Assembly: GCA_036272715.1 (NCBI GenBank)
Contig: DATAYD010000071.1
Coordinates: 2,297-66,296, forward strand
Direction: 5' to 3'
Length of the DNA: 64,000 nucleotides
Source: Caulobacteraceae bacterium
Lineage (GTDB): Bacteria > Pseudomonadota > Alphaproteobacteria > Caulobacterales > Caulobacteraceae
Shown here in pieces: positions 32,930 to 43,921 of this stretch. A program made the translations under genes and the position numbers. Every line of letters starts with the position of its first letter. Within the stretch, counting starts at the first letter, position 1. The notes under the pieces are model-generated. The model saw only the letters and a program-made list of their open reading frames with translations, had not been told where the DNA came from and did no database searches.

Positions 32930-34769
32930 GGGCGAGCAGGGCTGTGAGGGCGCCAGGCGTTACGCCCTCGATTCGGGAGGCTTGGCCGAGGGTTCCGGGG
33001 CGAACCACCTCGAGCTTTTCGCGCGCCTCGTTGGAAAGCCCGCCGATCGCCTGATAGTCGAGCCCTTCGGGCAGCATCAGGTCTTCGTCCCGCCGAAAGG
33101 CCGCGACATCGGCCGATTGGCGATCGAGATAGCCGGCATAGGCCGCTTCGATTTCGATCTGCTCTCGGGTTTGCGAACTCCACGCGCTGATCTCCGGCCA
33201 CAGAGCCGTCAGATCATCGAAGCCGATCTCCGGGTAGGCCAGGAGTTGGATCAGGTCTCGGCGCTGTCCATCGGCCTTGACCCGGAAACCATGCTTGGCC
33301 GCTTGGCCGGGGGTCAGCGTCAAATCGTGCGCCCGGCTCAGGGCCGCGGCCAGCGCGTCTTGTTTCACGTGAAACACGCCAGCGCGTTTTGAGCCCACGC
33401 AGCCCAGCGCCTCACCCTTGCCGGTTAGCCGTTGGTCGGCATTATCGGCGCGCAGCGTCAGGCGGAATTCCGCGCGGCTGGTGAACATGCGATAGGGCTC
33501 GCTGACGCCCCGCGTCACCAGATCGTCGATCATCACCCCGATATAAGCCTCATCACGGGCGAATACGGCCGCCGCGGCCCCGGACGCCGCGCGCGCCGCG
33601 TTCAGGCCGGCGACCAAGCCCTGGGCGGCGGCCTCTTCATAGCCCGTCGTGCCGTTGATCTGTCCGGCAAGGTAGAGCCCCGGCAGACGGCGCACCTCCA
33701 GGCTCGTCAGCAGTTCACGGGGATCGACATAGTCATATTCGATCGCATAGCCGTACCGGCGCACCTGGACCCTTTCCAAGCCCACGATAGTGCGCAAGAA
33801 CAGCTCCTGGGTCTCCGCCGACACCGAGGTCGAGATCCCGTTCGGATAGACGGTGTCATCGTCCAGCCCTTCAGGCTCCAGGAAGACCTGGTGGCTGGAG
33901 CGATCCGCGAACCGGACCACCTTGTCTTCGATAGACGGACAGTAGCGAGGTCCGCGACCCGTGGCGCGGCCGCCATAGACCGCTGACTCGCCCAAACGCT
34001 CCGCGATAATCCGGTGGGTCTCCGCGTTCGTCCACGTGACGCCACACGATACTTGCGGCCGGTCGATCGCCGACGACAGAAACGAGAACGGCACAGGTTC
34101 GGCGTCGCCTGGCTGTATCTCAAGCCGGTCCCAAGCGATAGACGAGCCAGCCAGGCGCGCCGGCGTGCCGGTCTTCAGCCGGCCCATCTTCAGGCCCAGC
34201 GAATACAGCCGGTCGGAAAGGCCAATGGCGGGCGCTTCCCCGACCCGGCCAGCCGGCTCCCGCTGCTCACCACGATGAATAACGCCCTTCAGGAAAGTGC
34301 CCGTGGTCAGCACGACGCGACCAGCACGCCATTCCCGCCCATCGCTTGCCATCACTCCCGCGACACGGCCCCCATCGAGCACCAAGTCCTCGACCGCGGC
34401 TTCCTCGATCGTCAAGCCAATCTGAGCGCTGAGCTCAGTCTGCATGGCCTCCCGATAGAGCTTCCTGTCAATCTGAGCGCGCGGACCTCGCACGGCCGGG
34501 CCCTTGGAGCGATTCAACAACCGGAACTGGATGCCGGCTTGGTCCGCCATCCGGCCCATCAGCCCGTCCAGGGCGTCGACCTCACGAACCAGATGGCCCT
34601 TGCCGAGCCCGCCAATCGCCGGATTGCACGACATTTCACCGATGGTTTCGCGCCGGTGGGTCAGCAATAGCGTGCGCGCACCCATCCGCGCCGCCGCCGC
34701 CGCCGCTTCGCAACCCGCGTGGCCACCGCCGATAACGATAACATCCCAGGATGTGGGGGATTGAACCAT
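32904..34769 (-). CDS. mnmG: tRNA uridine modification enzyme MnmG (GidA)
   Basis: [53 protein letters not shown]. Confidence 0.98.
   Translation of the reverse strand: MVQSPTSWDVIVIGGGHAGCEAAAAAARMGARTLLLTHRRETIGEMSCNPAIGGLGKGHLVREVDALDGLMGRMADQAGIQFRLLNRSKGPAVRGPRAQIDRKLYREAMQTELSAQIGLTIEEAAVEDLVLDGGRVAGVMASDGREWRAGRVVLTTGTFLKGVIHRGEQREPAGRVGEAPAIGLSDRLYSLGLKMGRLKTGTPARLAGSSIAWDRLEIQPGDAEPVPFSFLSSAIDRPQVSCGVTWTNAETHRIIAERLGESAVYGGRATGRGPRYCPSIEDKVVRFADRSSHQVFLEPEGLDDDTVYPNGISTSVSAETQELFLRTIVGLERVQVRRYGYAIEYDYVDPRELLTSLEVRRLPGLYLAGQINGTTGYEEAAAQGLVAGLNAARAASGAAAAVFARDEAYIGVMIDDLVTRGVSEPYRMFTSRAEFRLTLRADNADQRLTGKGEALGCVGSKRAGVFHVKQDALAAALSRAHDLTLTPGQAAKHGFRVKADGQRRDLIQLLAYPEIGFDDLTALWPEISAWSSQTREQIEIEAAYAGYLDRQSADVAAFRRDEDLMLPEGLDYQAIGGLSNEAREKLEVVRPGTLGQASRIEGVTPGALTALLAHVRRARAA
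33361..33376. other. parS centromere site, inside mnmG
   Basis: Perfect TGTTTCACGTGAAACA. Confidence 0.92.
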
Positions 34770-34856
34770 GCCTGACCCGGAGGCGCCCGAAAGGCGGAGC
34801 GCCCGGGCGGGCTGTGCTTATAGTCCGGGCCAAAGGCGGCGTCGAGCACGGCTGTA

Positions 34857-34872
34857 TGTTTCACGTGAAACA
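34857..34872. other. parS centromere site, mnmE-mnmG intergenic
   Basis: Perfect TGTTTCACGTGAAACA. Confidence 0.95.
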
Positions 34873-34897
34873 TCCCCGACCCTGGGTTGACCCAACA

Positions 34898-36250
34898 TCA
34901 CTTCCCGATACAGAAGCGCGCGAACACTCGGTCCAATACCTGTTCAGCATCAATTCGCCCGCTGATCCTCGCCAAGCTTCGCGCCGCCAGCCGCACATCC
35001 TCCGCCGCCAACTCCACCGGCGCCTTCGACCGCAGCACCTCGATCGCCCGGTCGAGATGAACCTGCGCCTCCGTCAGAGCCTGTCGATGCCGCGCCTGGG
35101 TCGCCGCGGGAAACTCCGCACCCGAGAGCGCATCCGTGACCCGCGCCAACAATCGGCCCCGTAAGGCGTCCAAGCCCGGAGCCCCCGTCACCGAGGCCTC
35201 AACCACCTCCAGCCCATTCTGCTCCGCCCAGCGCCGCGCCAACCCGGCGTCATCGCCGTTCACCAGGTCGGCCTTGCTGATGACGCAAATATCCGCCGTC
35301 TGGACCGAACCCCTCGCCTCTTTCCACGCGCCGTTGAACGCGCCGTCGACGACCCACAAGCGCAGCGCGGCGCCAGATGCCGAGGCCCGAGCACGCCGCA
35401 CGCCCTCCGCCTCCACAGGATCCGCGGTATCGCGCACGCCCGCCGTATCGGAGAGCCACACCCGAAACCCCCCCAACGTCAGCGGAACCTCGATCACATC
35501 CCGCGTGGTGCCGGGAATGGGCGTGACGATCGCGGCGTCTTTGCCGACCAGCGCGTTCAAGAGGCTGGACTTGCCGGCATTGGGCGCACCGACCAGGGCG
35601 ATTCGATAACCGTCGCGAATCCGCTCACCCCGATCAGCATCCGCCAAGGCGCCGCCGAGTTCATCGGTGAGTCGGGAAAGCGCCGGGCCAGCCTCCTCGG
35701 CGATAGTCTCGGGAACCTCCTCGTCCGGGAAATCCACCGCCGCTTCGAGGACGGCCAGCGCGTCCACCAACACCTCGCGCCAGGCGGCGTGGCGGCGCGC
35801 GAGATCCCCATCGAGCTGGGCGAGCGCCTGGCGTCGTTGGGCATCGGTTTCCGCGTCCACAAGATCGGCCACGGCTTCGGCCTGGGTCAGGTCCAGCTTG
35901 CCATTCTCGAAAGCGCGGCGCGTGAATTCGCCGGGCTCCGCCAATCGCGGACCCAGCTCGAGCAGCGCCTTGACAAGCCCATCGACCACGGCCGCCCCGC
36001 CGTGCACGTGGAACTCGGCACAATCCTCACCCGTATAGCTATCGGGGCCGGGGAACCAGATTACCAGCGCACGGTCCAGCACCACATCCGAGCCTGGACC
36101 CCGCAAGGTTCGCAGCACCGCCTTTCGCGGCAGGGATCCACCACCAGAGAGGCGTCGCAAAACCGAGCCGGCGCGTGGCCCGGACAGTCGCACGATGGCC
36201 ACGGCCGCGCGCCCCGGCGCCGTCGCCAGAGCGAAGATCGTGTCCGTCAT
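34898..36250 (-). CDS. mnmE: tRNA modification GTPase MnmE (TrmE)
   Basis: [38 protein letters not shown]. Confidence 0.98.
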   Translation of the reverse strand: MTDTIFALATAPGRAAVAIVRLSGPRAGSVLRRLSGGGSLPRKAVLRTLRGPGSDVVLDRALVIWFPGPDSYTGEDCAEFHVHGGAAVVDGLVKALLELGPRLAEPGEFTRRAFENGKLDLTQAEAVADLVDAETDAQRRQALAQLDGDLARRHAAWREVLVDALAVLEAAVDFPDEEVPETIAEEAGPALSRLTDELGGALADADRGERIRDGYRIALVGAPNAGKSSLLNALVGKDAAIVTPIPGTTRDVIEVPLTLGGFRVWLSDTAGVRDTADPVEAEGVRRARASASGAALRLWVVDGAFNGAWKEARGSVQTADICVISKADLVNGDDAGLARRWAEQNGLEVVEASVTGAPGLDALRGRLLARVTDALSGAEFPAATQARHRQALTEAQVHLDRAIEVLRSKAPVELAAEDVRLAARSLARISGRIDAEQVLDRVFARFCIGK

Positions 36251-36268
36251 GCCGCGCCGCCTGAATCG

Positions 36269-36508
36269 CTATCGCTTGGCCGCGTTGGCCGCGGCGCTCA
36301 TCAGTTTCATGAACTGCTCCTGGGCCTGGCCGCCGAAAGCCATCCAGTTCTTCATCAGTTCCTCGGGCTGAAGCGCGGCCATGTTGGCCCTCAGCCGCGT
36401 CTGCATCTCGTCCGTCAGGGTCTTGTTCAGCGCCGCCACGTCGGGCAGGCCCAAAAAGGCCCTCGCCTCCTCCGGCGTGCATTCGACTTCGATCTTCGCC
36501 TTCATCAT
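36269..36508 (-). CDS. DUF6489-like small protein
   Basis: MKAKIEVECTPEEARAFLGLPDV N-terminal motif. Confidence 0.8.
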   Translation of the reverse strand: MMKAKIEVECTPEEARAFLGLPDVAALNKTLTDEMQTRLRANMAALQPEELMKNWMAFGGQAQEQFMKLMSAAANAAKR

Positions 36509-36599
36509 CCCGAACCTCCGGTCCCCACGATATTGTTATGGGCCTTGGCCCGGCCAGGGCGCTAGTAGCAATCCAGTTTTCACATGGAGTGCATTCAAA

Positions 36600-37298
36600 A
36601 TGACCGCTGCATCGATGACCATCACGACCGCCGACGGTGCATTTTCGGCCTATGTGGCCCGGCCCGCGGCGACCAAGGCCCCGGCGGTCGTGGTTCTCCA
36701 GGAGATCTTCGGCGTCAACGCCGTCATGCGCGGCGTCTGCGACGCTCTCGCGGCCCAAGGCTATATCGCGGTCTGCCCGGACCTGTTCTGGCGGATCGAG
36801 CCGGGGATCGACATCACCGACCAGAGCGAGGCTGAATGGAAGCGCGCCTTCGAACTTTTCAACGCGTTCGACGTTGAGCGGGGCGTCGCCGACATCGCGG
36901 CCACCATTGATGCGGTCCGAGCCAGACCCGATGTCGATGGCAAGGTCGGCGCCGTTGGTTATTGCCTGGGCGGCCTTCTGGCCTATCTGACCGCGACCCG
37001 CACGGACAGTGATGCGAGCGTCAGCTATTATGGTGTCGGGATCGAGAAATACACCGCCGAAGCGGCCAAGTTGGCCCGGCCGCTCCTGATGCACATCGCC
37101 GAGGAGGATCAGTTCTCCCCCAAACCGGTTCAGGAACTCATCCTGAACGCGCTGAAGAACCATCCCCAGATCGAGATCCACACCTATCCAGGCCGCGACC
37201 ACGCCTTCGCCCGTCCGGGCGGAGAGCACTTCCATGCCGAAGACGCCGCCACGGCTGACGAACGCACCAGGACCTTCTTCAAAAAGAACCTGGGCTAG
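36600..37298 (+). CDS. Dienelactone hydrolase (carboxymethylenebutenolidase)
   Basis: QEIFGVN, GYCLGG, HAFAR. Confidence 0.92.
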   Translation: MTAASMTITTADGAFSAYVARPAATKAPAVVVLQEIFGVNAVMRGVCDALAAQGYIAVCPDLFWRIEPGIDITDQSEAEWKRAFELFNAFDVERGVADIAATIDAVRARPDVDGKVGAVGYCLGGLLAYLTATRTDSDASVSYYGVGIEKYTAEAAKLARPLLMHIAEEDQFSPKPVQELILNALKNHPQIEIHTYPGRDHAFARPGGEHFHAEDAATADERTRTFFKKNLG

Positions 37299-37308
37299 GA
37301 ACCAGATC

Positions 37309-38280
37309 ATGCTCGCGATCCAAGCCACCCGCGCCGGCGGCCCCGAGGTTCTCGAAGCCATCGATCTGCCCCTGCCCGAACCGGGACCCGGCCAGATCCG
37401 CATTCGGCACGAAGCCATTGGCCTGAACTTCATCGACACCTATCACCGCTCCGGCCTTTATCCGATCAAGATGCCGGCCGTGCTGGGCCAGGAAGGCGCC
37501 GGTACCGTCGATGCTGTCGGCCAGGGTGTGACCCGCTTCAAGCTCGGGGACCGCGCGGGCTACGGCGCGGGACCTATCGGCGCCTATGCCCAGGCGCACC
37601 TGGTTCCCGAAAATCGGGCGGTCCACGTGCCGCAAGGCTTGTCGACTCAAATCGCCGCGGCCGCCCTGCTGAAAGGCATGACCGCCGAGTTCCTGCTCCG
37701 GCGGTGCTATCCCCTGGCCGCCGGCGAGACCGTTCTGGTTCACGCCGCGGCTGGCGGCGTTGGCGGCATCCTGACCCAATGGGCCAAGGCGCTCGGCGCG
37801 ACCGTGATCGGCGCGGTCGGCTCCCCCGACAAGGCGGCGATCGCCCGCGCCCAGGGCTGCGACCACGTGATCGAGTATCGGCGCCAGGATGTCGCCGCCA
37901 AGGTCAAGGAGATCACGGGCGGCTCCGGCGTCCGCGTGGTCTATGACGGCGTCGGCGCCGCGACATTCGAGGCCAGCCTGGCGAGCCTCGGCCGCCGTGG
38001 CATGTTGGTCAGTTTCGGCAACGCGTCCGGGCCGGCGCCAGCCATCGAGCCGGCGAGACTGGCTCGGGGCGGCTCCCTATTCCTGACCCGGCCGACCCTA
38101 TTCGACTATGTGGCGACCAATGAGGAATTGGACGCCAGCGCGGCGGCATTGTTCCACGTGATCGAAACTGGCGCGGTCAAGATCGAGATTGGCCAGACCT
38201 TCCCGCTGGCGGAGGCTCGCCTTGCGCACGAGGCCTTGGAAGGCCGGCGGACCACCGGCCAGACCTTGCTGATCCCGTAA
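37309..38280 (+). CDS. qor: NADPH:quinone oxidoreductase
   Basis: GLNFIDTYHRSGLY, HAAAGGVG, VYDGVG, SFGNASG, GSLFLTRPTL. Confidence 0.92.
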   Translation: MLAIQATRAGGPEVLEAIDLPLPEPGPGQIRIRHEAIGLNFIDTYHRSGLYPIKMPAVLGQEGAGTVDAVGQGVTRFKLGDRAGYGAGPIGAYAQAHLVPENRAVHVPQGLSTQIAAAALLKGMTAEFLLRRCYPLAAGETVLVHAAAGGVGGILTQWAKALGATVIGAVGSPDKAAIARAQGCDHVIEYRRQDVAAKVKEITGGSGVRVVYDGVGAATFEASLASLGRRGMLVSFGNASGPAPAIEPARLARGGSLFLTRPTLFDYVATNEELDASAAALFHVIETGAVKIEIGQTFPLAEARLAHEALEGRRTTGQTLLIP

Positions 38281-38390
38281 GCTATCTCGCCAGAGTCCCT
38301 AGTTCCTCAAGCACCCAAACCACATGAATCCAACATGACCTAATGCATGATAGATTTTCAGTCGTTCTTTTCCGGTACCTAAAATAAGCT

Positions 38391-39797
38391 TCAAGTATTC
38401 ATAGATTGGAAGAAGTCCGCATTGTTCTTGCTCTGGCGGAACTTGTCCAACAGGAACTCGATCGCGTCTTGCGGACCCATCGGACCCAGGATGCGGCGCA
38501 GAATGAAGATCTTCTGCAACGTGTCCCTCGGCGTGATCAGCTCATCCTTCCGAGTGCCGGATTTCAGGATATCGATGGCCGGATAGATCCGCTTGTCGGC
38601 GACCTTGCGGTCCAGAATGATTTCCGAATTGCCGGTCCCCTTGAACTCTTCGAAGATCACCTCGTCCATCCGGCTGCCCGTTTCGATGAGCGCGGTGGCG
38701 ATGATGGTCAGCGAGCCGCCTTCCTCGATATTCCGCGCCGCGCCGAAAAACCGCTTCGGACGCTGCAACGCATTGGCGTCCACGCCGCCGGTCAGCACCT
38801 TCCCGGACGACGGCACCACGGTGTTGTAAGCCCGGCCAAGGCGCGTGACCGAGTCCAGGAGGATGATCACGTCGCGCTTATGTTCGACCAGGCGCTTGGC
38901 CTTTTCGATCACCATCTCGGCGACCTGGACGTGGCGTGTCGCCGGTTCGTCGAAGGTGGAGGAGATCACCTCGCCGCGCACGGTGCGCTGCATGTCGGTG
39001 ACTTCCTCGGGCCGTTCGTCGATCAAAAGCACGATCAGATAGCATTCGGGATGGTTAGCCGCGATCGACTTGGCGATGTTCTGCAGCATCACGGTCTTGC
39101 CGACCCGGGGCGGGGCGACGATCAGGCAGCGCTGGCCCTTGCCCAAGGGCGCGACCACGTCGATCACGCGGCCGGAACGATCCTTCAAAGTCGGATCATC
39201 GATCTCCATCGTCAGCCGCTCTTCGGGATAAAGCGGTGTCAGATTGTCGAAGGCCACCTTGTGGCGGACATTGTCGGGGCTCTCGAAATTGACCGAGTCG
39301 ACCTTGACCAGGGCGAAATAGCGTTCGCCTTCGCGGGGCGAGCGCACCCCGCCCTCGACGCTGTCGCCGGTGCGCAGGCCGAACTTGCGAATCTGCGAGG
39401 GCGACACATAGACATCGTCCGGCCCTGACAGATAGTTGGCTTCCGGCGAGCGCAAGAAACCGAAGCCGTCCTGCAGGACTTCCAGGGTGCCGCTGCCGGA
39501 GATATCGACGCCTTCCTCGGCCACGGCCTTGAGGATCGCGAACATCATGTCCTGCTTGAGCATGGAGTTGGCGTTTTCGATCTCCAGCGCTTCGGCGAAG
39601 GCGACCAGTTCGGCGGCCGGCTTTTCCTTCAATTCCTGCAAGGACATCTTGGTCAAGCCCATCGCCGCGATCGCCTGGCTGGCGGCGGAAGGGCCTTCTT
39701 CAATCGCATCGGCTGATTCGCCCGCGACTTCAGGAGAAAAGCCCGCGCTGGTGTCGGCGAGCTCTGGAATGGATTCAATGACGGATTCGTCTGACAT
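38391..39797 (-). CDS. rho: Transcription termination factor Rho
   Basis: [45 protein letters not shown]. Confidence 0.98.
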   Translation of the reverse strand: MSDESVIESIPELADTSAGFSPEVAGESADAIEEGPSAASQAIAAMGLTKMSLQELKEKPAAELVAFAEALEIENANSMLKQDMMFAILKAVAEEGVDISGSGTLEVLQDGFGFLRSPEANYLSGPDDVYVSPSQIRKFGLRTGDSVEGGVRSPREGERYFALVKVDSVNFESPDNVRHKVAFDNLTPLYPEERLTMEIDDPTLKDRSGRVIDVVAPLGKGQRCLIVAPPRVGKTVMLQNIAKSIAANHPECYLIVLLIDERPEEVTDMQRTVRGEVISSTFDEPATRHVQVAEMVIEKAKRLVEHKRDVIILLDSVTRLGRAYNTVVPSSGKVLTGGVDANALQRPKRFFGAARNIEEGGSLTIIATALIETGSRMDEVIFEEFKGTGNSEIILDRKVADKRIYPAIDILKSGTRKDELITPRDTLQKIFILRRILGPMGPQDAIEFLLDKFRQSKNNADFFQSMNT

Positions 39798-40031
39798 TTT
39801 TGACTTCTGGGTTGGGCCGCGCACGCGGCCGTAACGCTCCAAATGGTGGAGCTGGCAAGGGGTTCAGGATGGCGCCACGACCGGATGGCTTTGGCGCTGG
39901 TTGGGGGATCGGACCGTGGCTGCGCCGCCAGGGCGCGGGGTCCGATGGAAGGCGGGAACGCGCCGAGGGCGCGCTTGATCAAGCGGAAACACATGCCGCC
40001 CGTTTGGTCAAGCGTGACGCTGGATCCGTCT

Positions 40032-40487
40032 TCAAGCCCCGAACTTCGTCGTCACCGACAACACGATCACGACGGCGATCAGAAACGGCACCTCATTGGT
40101 CATTCGCCAGAACCGTTCCGAACGTTGATTGCGGTTCTCGGCAAAGGCCCGCCGCGCCCTGGCGAGAAAACCATGCCAACTCACCAGGCACAGAATCCCG
40201 ACGATCTTCGTCAAGGCCCACGGCGCCGACCAGAAGTGGGGCCCGAGCCGCGTCATATCAACCCCGACCAGCAGGCCGCCGAACAGGAACACCAGGATCA
40301 TCGCCGGATTGATGATGATTCTCAGCAGCTTGACCTCCATGGTCTTGAAGGTCTCGTCCATCTGTGAGCCGGGCTCGGCGCGGGTGTGATAGGCGAACAG
40401 CCGCGGCAGATAGAGCAAGCCGGACATCCAGGCGATCACCGCGATGATGTGCAGGCCTCTGAGGAGATTATAGTGCGCGATCAGCAT
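40032..40487 (-). CDS. hemJ: Protoporphyrinogen oxidase HemJ
   Basis: LHIIAVIAWMSGLLYLPRLFAYH...WRMTNEVP. Confidence 0.93.
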   Translation of the reverse strand: MLIAHYNLLRGLHIIAVIAWMSGLLYLPRLFAYHTRAEPGSQMDETFKTMEVKLLRIIINPAMILVFLFGGLLVGVDMTRLGPHFWSAPWALTKIVGILCLVSWHGFLARARRAFAENRNQRSERFWRMTNEVPFLIAVVIVLSVTTKFGA

Positions 40488-41536
40488 GCCGCGGCCCCTT
40501 CTCGCCGTCTTGGGCAGCGACTCCATGCGCTGTCGCAGACGAAGGGTGAACCTGGATGGACGCCTTCCGCCTGGCCAAGCAACCCCAACGCCGACCGCGC
40601 CAATCCCTTGATGAAATCGGTTTGCACGCCGAGGGCCGGCACGCGGATATAGGGCGTACAGCCAGCCGCGACGGCCAGTTTCGCATAGTCATGGTCCAAT
40701 TCGACCAGGGTCTCCACGTGCTCGGAGACGAAGGCGACCGGCGCGACCACCACCCCGACGCCATCGCGTCCCGCCTGCTGGATCGCCTCTGGAGTCGACG
40801 GGCCCAACCATTTCAGAGGACCGACCCGGCTCTGATAACAGACCCGCCAGTCTGTCCAGCCCGGCCCAAGGCGCTCGGCGATGGCGGCGGCGGCGGCTTC
40901 GATCTGGCTCTGATAAGGATCGCCGTCCTCAACTTTTTTTTGAGGCAGGCCATGCGCCGAAAACAACAGCCGGATCTTCCCCGGCCGGCCCGCCGTTTCC
41001 CACGCGGCCATAATCCGCCGCGCGTGCGCGTCCACGAAGCCGGTGTCGATCGGATAACAGCACAGGGCCCGCATACGACCCCGCCCCCGGTAAACCGACG
41101 TCCATTCAGCGGTCGAGGACGCTGTCGTCGTCATCGAATACTGTGGATAGAGCGGCGCCAATACCAGATCATCGGGCGCGAATGCGGCCACCGCACGCGC
41201 GACCTCGGCCGCTCGCGGCGCCCAATAACGCATGGCGATGAAGACCTTTGTTTCGATGTCGGGGGCGAGGTCCGCGAATACCCGGTCCAGCGCCGCCGCC
41301 TGAGCCTCGGTCTGCGGCAGCAGCGGCGAACCACCACCCATCAAGGCGTAATTGGTCCTGGCTGATTTAGCCCTGATCGTTGAGATCAGGAGGGCCAGCA
41401 ACCAGCGCACGACACCCGGCGCCTGGATGATCGCGGGATCCGAGAACAGGTTGAACAGGAACGGCCGCACCGCCGATTGCCGATCTGGGCCGCCAAGATT
41501 GAACAGGACGACGGCAAGGCGCCGCTTGTCGGCCAT
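40481..41536 (-). CDS. hemH: Ferrochelatase
   Basis: NLGGP, GGGSPL, PLYPQYS, FSAHGLP, FVSEHVETLVELD. Confidence 0.97.
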   Translation of the reverse strand: MADKRRLAVVLFNLGGPDRQSAVRPFLFNLFSDPAIIQAPGVVRWLLALLISTIRAKSARTNYALMGGGSPLLPQTEAQAAALDRVFADLAPDIETKVFIAMRYWAPRAAEVARAVAAFAPDDLVLAPLYPQYSMTTTASSTAEWTSVYRGRGRMRALCCYPIDTGFVDAHARRIMAAWETAGRPGKIRLLFSAHGLPQKKVEDGDPYQSQIEAAAAAIAERLGPGWTDWRVCYQSRVGPLKWLGPSTPEAIQQAGRDGVGVVVAPVAFVSEHVETLVELDHDYAKLAVAAGCTPYIRVPALGVQTDFIKGLARSALGLLGQAEGVHPGSPFVCDSAWSRCPRRREGAAAC

Positions 41537-41537
41537 G

Positions 41538-42584
41538 TCAGCCGGCCCGCCAGGCCGTCACCCGCGCCACGGCCCGCTCGATGTGATCGATCGGCGTATC
41601 GGGCAAGACCCCGTGGCCGAGATTGAAGATATAGGGGCCATCGCCCCACTGCTCCAGAAGCTGATCGATCCGTCGGTCGAGAGCCTCGCCGCCGGCCCTG
41701 AGCAACAGGGGATCCAGAGCCCCTTGTATGGTCACGCTCTGTTGCAGGCGTTGACCGAGCGCCTTGGACGCCTGGACATCCAGGCCGACCGCCTGGACTC
41801 CGGCGCGCTCCGCATAGCTTTCCGCCAGGCCGCTGGCCCCTCGGGGAAAGCCGATCACCGGCGTGGTTAAGCCGGCTTCGCGCAGTTGGGTGACCACGCG
41901 GGCGTGTGGACGGATGACCAGTCGTTCGAACAGATCCTCGGGCAGGTTCTCCGACCAGGACTCGAACAGTTGCAAAACCTGGGCGCCGGCCTTGGCCTGC
42001 ATGACCAGATATCGCGCCGTCGCCTCGACCAGGACGTCGATCAAGGCGTCCATGACCTCCGGCTGTTGGTAGGCGAAGGTCCGGGCCCCGCTGCGATCGC
42101 TGGAGCCACCCTCGATCATATAGGTCGCCACCGTCCAGGGACCGCCCGCGAACCCGATCAAGGCCCGCTCCGGTTCCAGGGCGGCCCGCACAAGCTTCAG
42201 GGTCTCCCCGATCGAGGCCAGCCGCTCGGTCGAGGCGTCAACCTGATCTCTCAGGCTTTCGACCGACGGCAACGCGCCAAGCTTGGGTCCTTCGCCCGCC
42301 TCGAACCAGACCTCCTGGCCCAAGGCTCGGGGGATCAGCAGGATGTCGGCGAACATGATGGCCGCGTCCAACGGGAAACGCCGCATGGGCTGAAGCGTCG
42401 CCTCCGCCGCCATCCGCGGATCGTGGCAGAAGGCGATGAAATCAGGCGCCTGGGTCCGAAGCGCCCGGTACTCGGGCAAGGACCGCCCCGCCTGCCGCAT
42501 GAACCAGATCGGCGGGCGTGTCAGGGTCTCTCCGGCCAGGGCGCGGAGCATGAGCGGTTGGCTTGGAGGCGAGGGCGCGTTCAT
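41538..42584 (-). CDS. hemE: Uroporphyrinogen decarboxylase
   Basis: PIWFMRQAGR, FADIL, GFAGGPWT, IFNLGHG. Confidence 0.97.
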   Translation of the reverse strand: MNAPSPPSQPLMLRALAGETLTRPPIWFMRQAGRSLPEYRALRTQAPDFIAFCHDPRMAAEATLQPMRRFPLDAAIMFADILLIPRALGQEVWFEAGEGPKLGALPSVESLRDQVDASTERLASIGETLKLVRAALEPERALIGFAGGPWTVATYMIEGGSSDRSGARTFAYQQPEVMDALIDVLVEATARYLVMQAKAGAQVLQLFESWSENLPEDLFERLVIRPHARVVTQLREAGLTTPVIGFPRGASGLAESYAERAGVQAVGLDVQASKALGQRLQQSVTIQGALDPLLLRAGGEALDRRIDQLLEQWGDGPYIFNLGHGVLPDTPIDHIERAVARVTAWRAG

Positions 42585-42812
42585 CACCCTCGTTAAATCC
42601 GTTCGGCGAGCAATGCTCAAGTCCGCCCTTCGCCTCCTTCCTTAATGAAAGATTTAAAAAGGTTTTGAGAAAGAAGTTTAAAGGCGCGAATCGTGGGGAT
42701 GGTTTATCGAGTCAGGGGATATGCGGTATTCCTCCCCAACCCATCGACAGCCATCCTCGCCGTGGACAGCGCCCTGTGAACAATGGGGACAAATGCGAAA
42801 CCACGACAAAAG

Positions 42813-42827
42813 TTAATAGAATCTTAA
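42813..42827. promoter_or_regulatory. CtrA binding site
   Basis: TTAA-TAGAATC-TTAA (N7 spacer, contains GANTC). Confidence 0.85.
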
Positions 42828-43019
42828 CCGGGCCCGGGGTCAAAGCGTGGGCGCATGGCCCCAGGCCTTATGGGCGCCAAGCCTGTGATTCGACTCTGTC
42901 AAACCTGCTGGCTATGGGGACAACAGGCCCTCTAAAGGGTGGTTTGTCCCAAGTCTCGAGGCTGGGCGAGATTGGGCCGCCGTTCTTCCCCGGGGCGTCA
43001 TCCTCTTGAGGGCCAGTGG

Positions 43020-43034
43020 TTAACGATCGGTTAA
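43020..43034. promoter_or_regulatory. CtrA binding site adjacent to a DnaA box
   Basis: TTAA-CGATCGG-TTAA, 4 bp from TTATTCACA. Confidence 0.85.
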
Positions 43035-43075
43035 CGAATTATTCACAGGAAAAAGAGAAGGACTGGACCCTGGCG

Positions 43076-43921
43076 ATGACATCTTCGCGTTTCGCCACCT
43101 ATTTCCATGTCCACCTGGTGTCGGACTCCACGGGCGAGACCTTGAACGCCATGGCCAAGGCCGTGTGCGCGCGCTTCGATAATGTGCTGCCGATCGAACA
43201 TATCTATTCGTTGGTCCGATCCCAACGGCAGCTCGAACGGGTCCTGGTCGAGATCGAAGGCGCGCCGGGCGTGGTCCTGCACACGATCGTGGATTCAAAC
43301 CTGCGCGCGGCGCTCGAACAGGGTTGCCGCGAGTTGGATCTGACTTGTGTGGCGGCTCTGGACCCGCTGGTCGGCGCCTTGGCGCGTTATCTTGGCGCGT
43401 CGCTGTCGACGCGGGTTGGCGCCCAGCACGCGCTGGACAACGACTATTTCAACCGGATGGACGCGCTCAGCTACGCGATCGGCCATGACGATGGCCAGGG
43501 GACCCAGGACCTGGAAGCGGCGGATGTGGTCCTCGTCGGCGTCAGCCGGACCTCCAAGACGCCGACCTCGATCTACCTGGCGCACCGGGGGATTCGCGCC
43601 GCTAATGTGCCGCTGGTCCCAGGCGCCGAGCCGCCGGCCCAGTTGTTCGGCCTGAAACGGGCAATCGTCGTGGGCCTGACAGTCTCACCCGACCGGCTGA
43701 TCCAGATCCGGCGCAACCGCTTGCTGAATCTGCGCGAAGAGCGCGAAAGTGCCTATATCGAACTGGAATCGGTGCGTGACGAAATCGTGCGGGCGCGGAG
43801 AATGTTCGAGAAGTATGGCTGGCCGGTCATCGATGTGACCCGCCGATCCGTGGAAGAAACCGCCGCGGCGGTCATCAACGTCCTGACCGCGGGGGGCGGC
43901 CAAGTGGAAATCCTGGCGTGA
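43076..43921 (+). CDS. DUF299 pyruvate, water/phosphate dikinase regulatory protein (kinase/pyrophosphorylase)
   Basis: HLVSDSTGET, HDDG, GVSRTSKTPTSIYLA, IDVTRRSVEETA. Confidence 0.93.
   Translation: MTSSRFATYFHVHLVSDSTGETLNAMAKAVCARFDNVLPIEHIYSLVRSQRQLERVLVEIEGAPGVVLHTIVDSNLRAALEQGCRELDLTCVAALDPLVGALARYLGASLSTRVGAQHALDNDYFNRMDALSYAIGHDDGQGTQDLEAADVVLVGVSRTSKTPTSIYLAHRGIRAANVPLVPGAEPPAQLFGLKRAIVVGLTVSPDRLIQIRRNRLLNLREERESAYIELESVRDEIVRARRMFEKYGWPVIDVTRRSVEETAAAVINVLTAGGGQVEILA

Larger units (their letters stand above)
42625..43050. other. Chromosomal replication origin (Cori-type oriC)
   Basis: hemE/DUF299 intergenic region; AT-rich tract 42641-42682; DnaA boxes TGTGAACAA (42775) and TTATTCACA (43039); W-box-like TCCCCA/TGGGGA at 42694, 42733, 42784, 42915; CtrA sites; GANTC sites; gene orientation flips here. 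Confidence 0.9.

Noticed and set aside
36576-36591. Degenerate parS-like GTTTTCACATGGAGTG
   Set aside because: Only about 9/16 match; better explained as the SD region of the hydrolase gene.
42563-43009. 148-aa ORF across the origin
   Set aside because: Atypical codon use; the region is explained by DnaA, CtrA and AT-rich origin elements.
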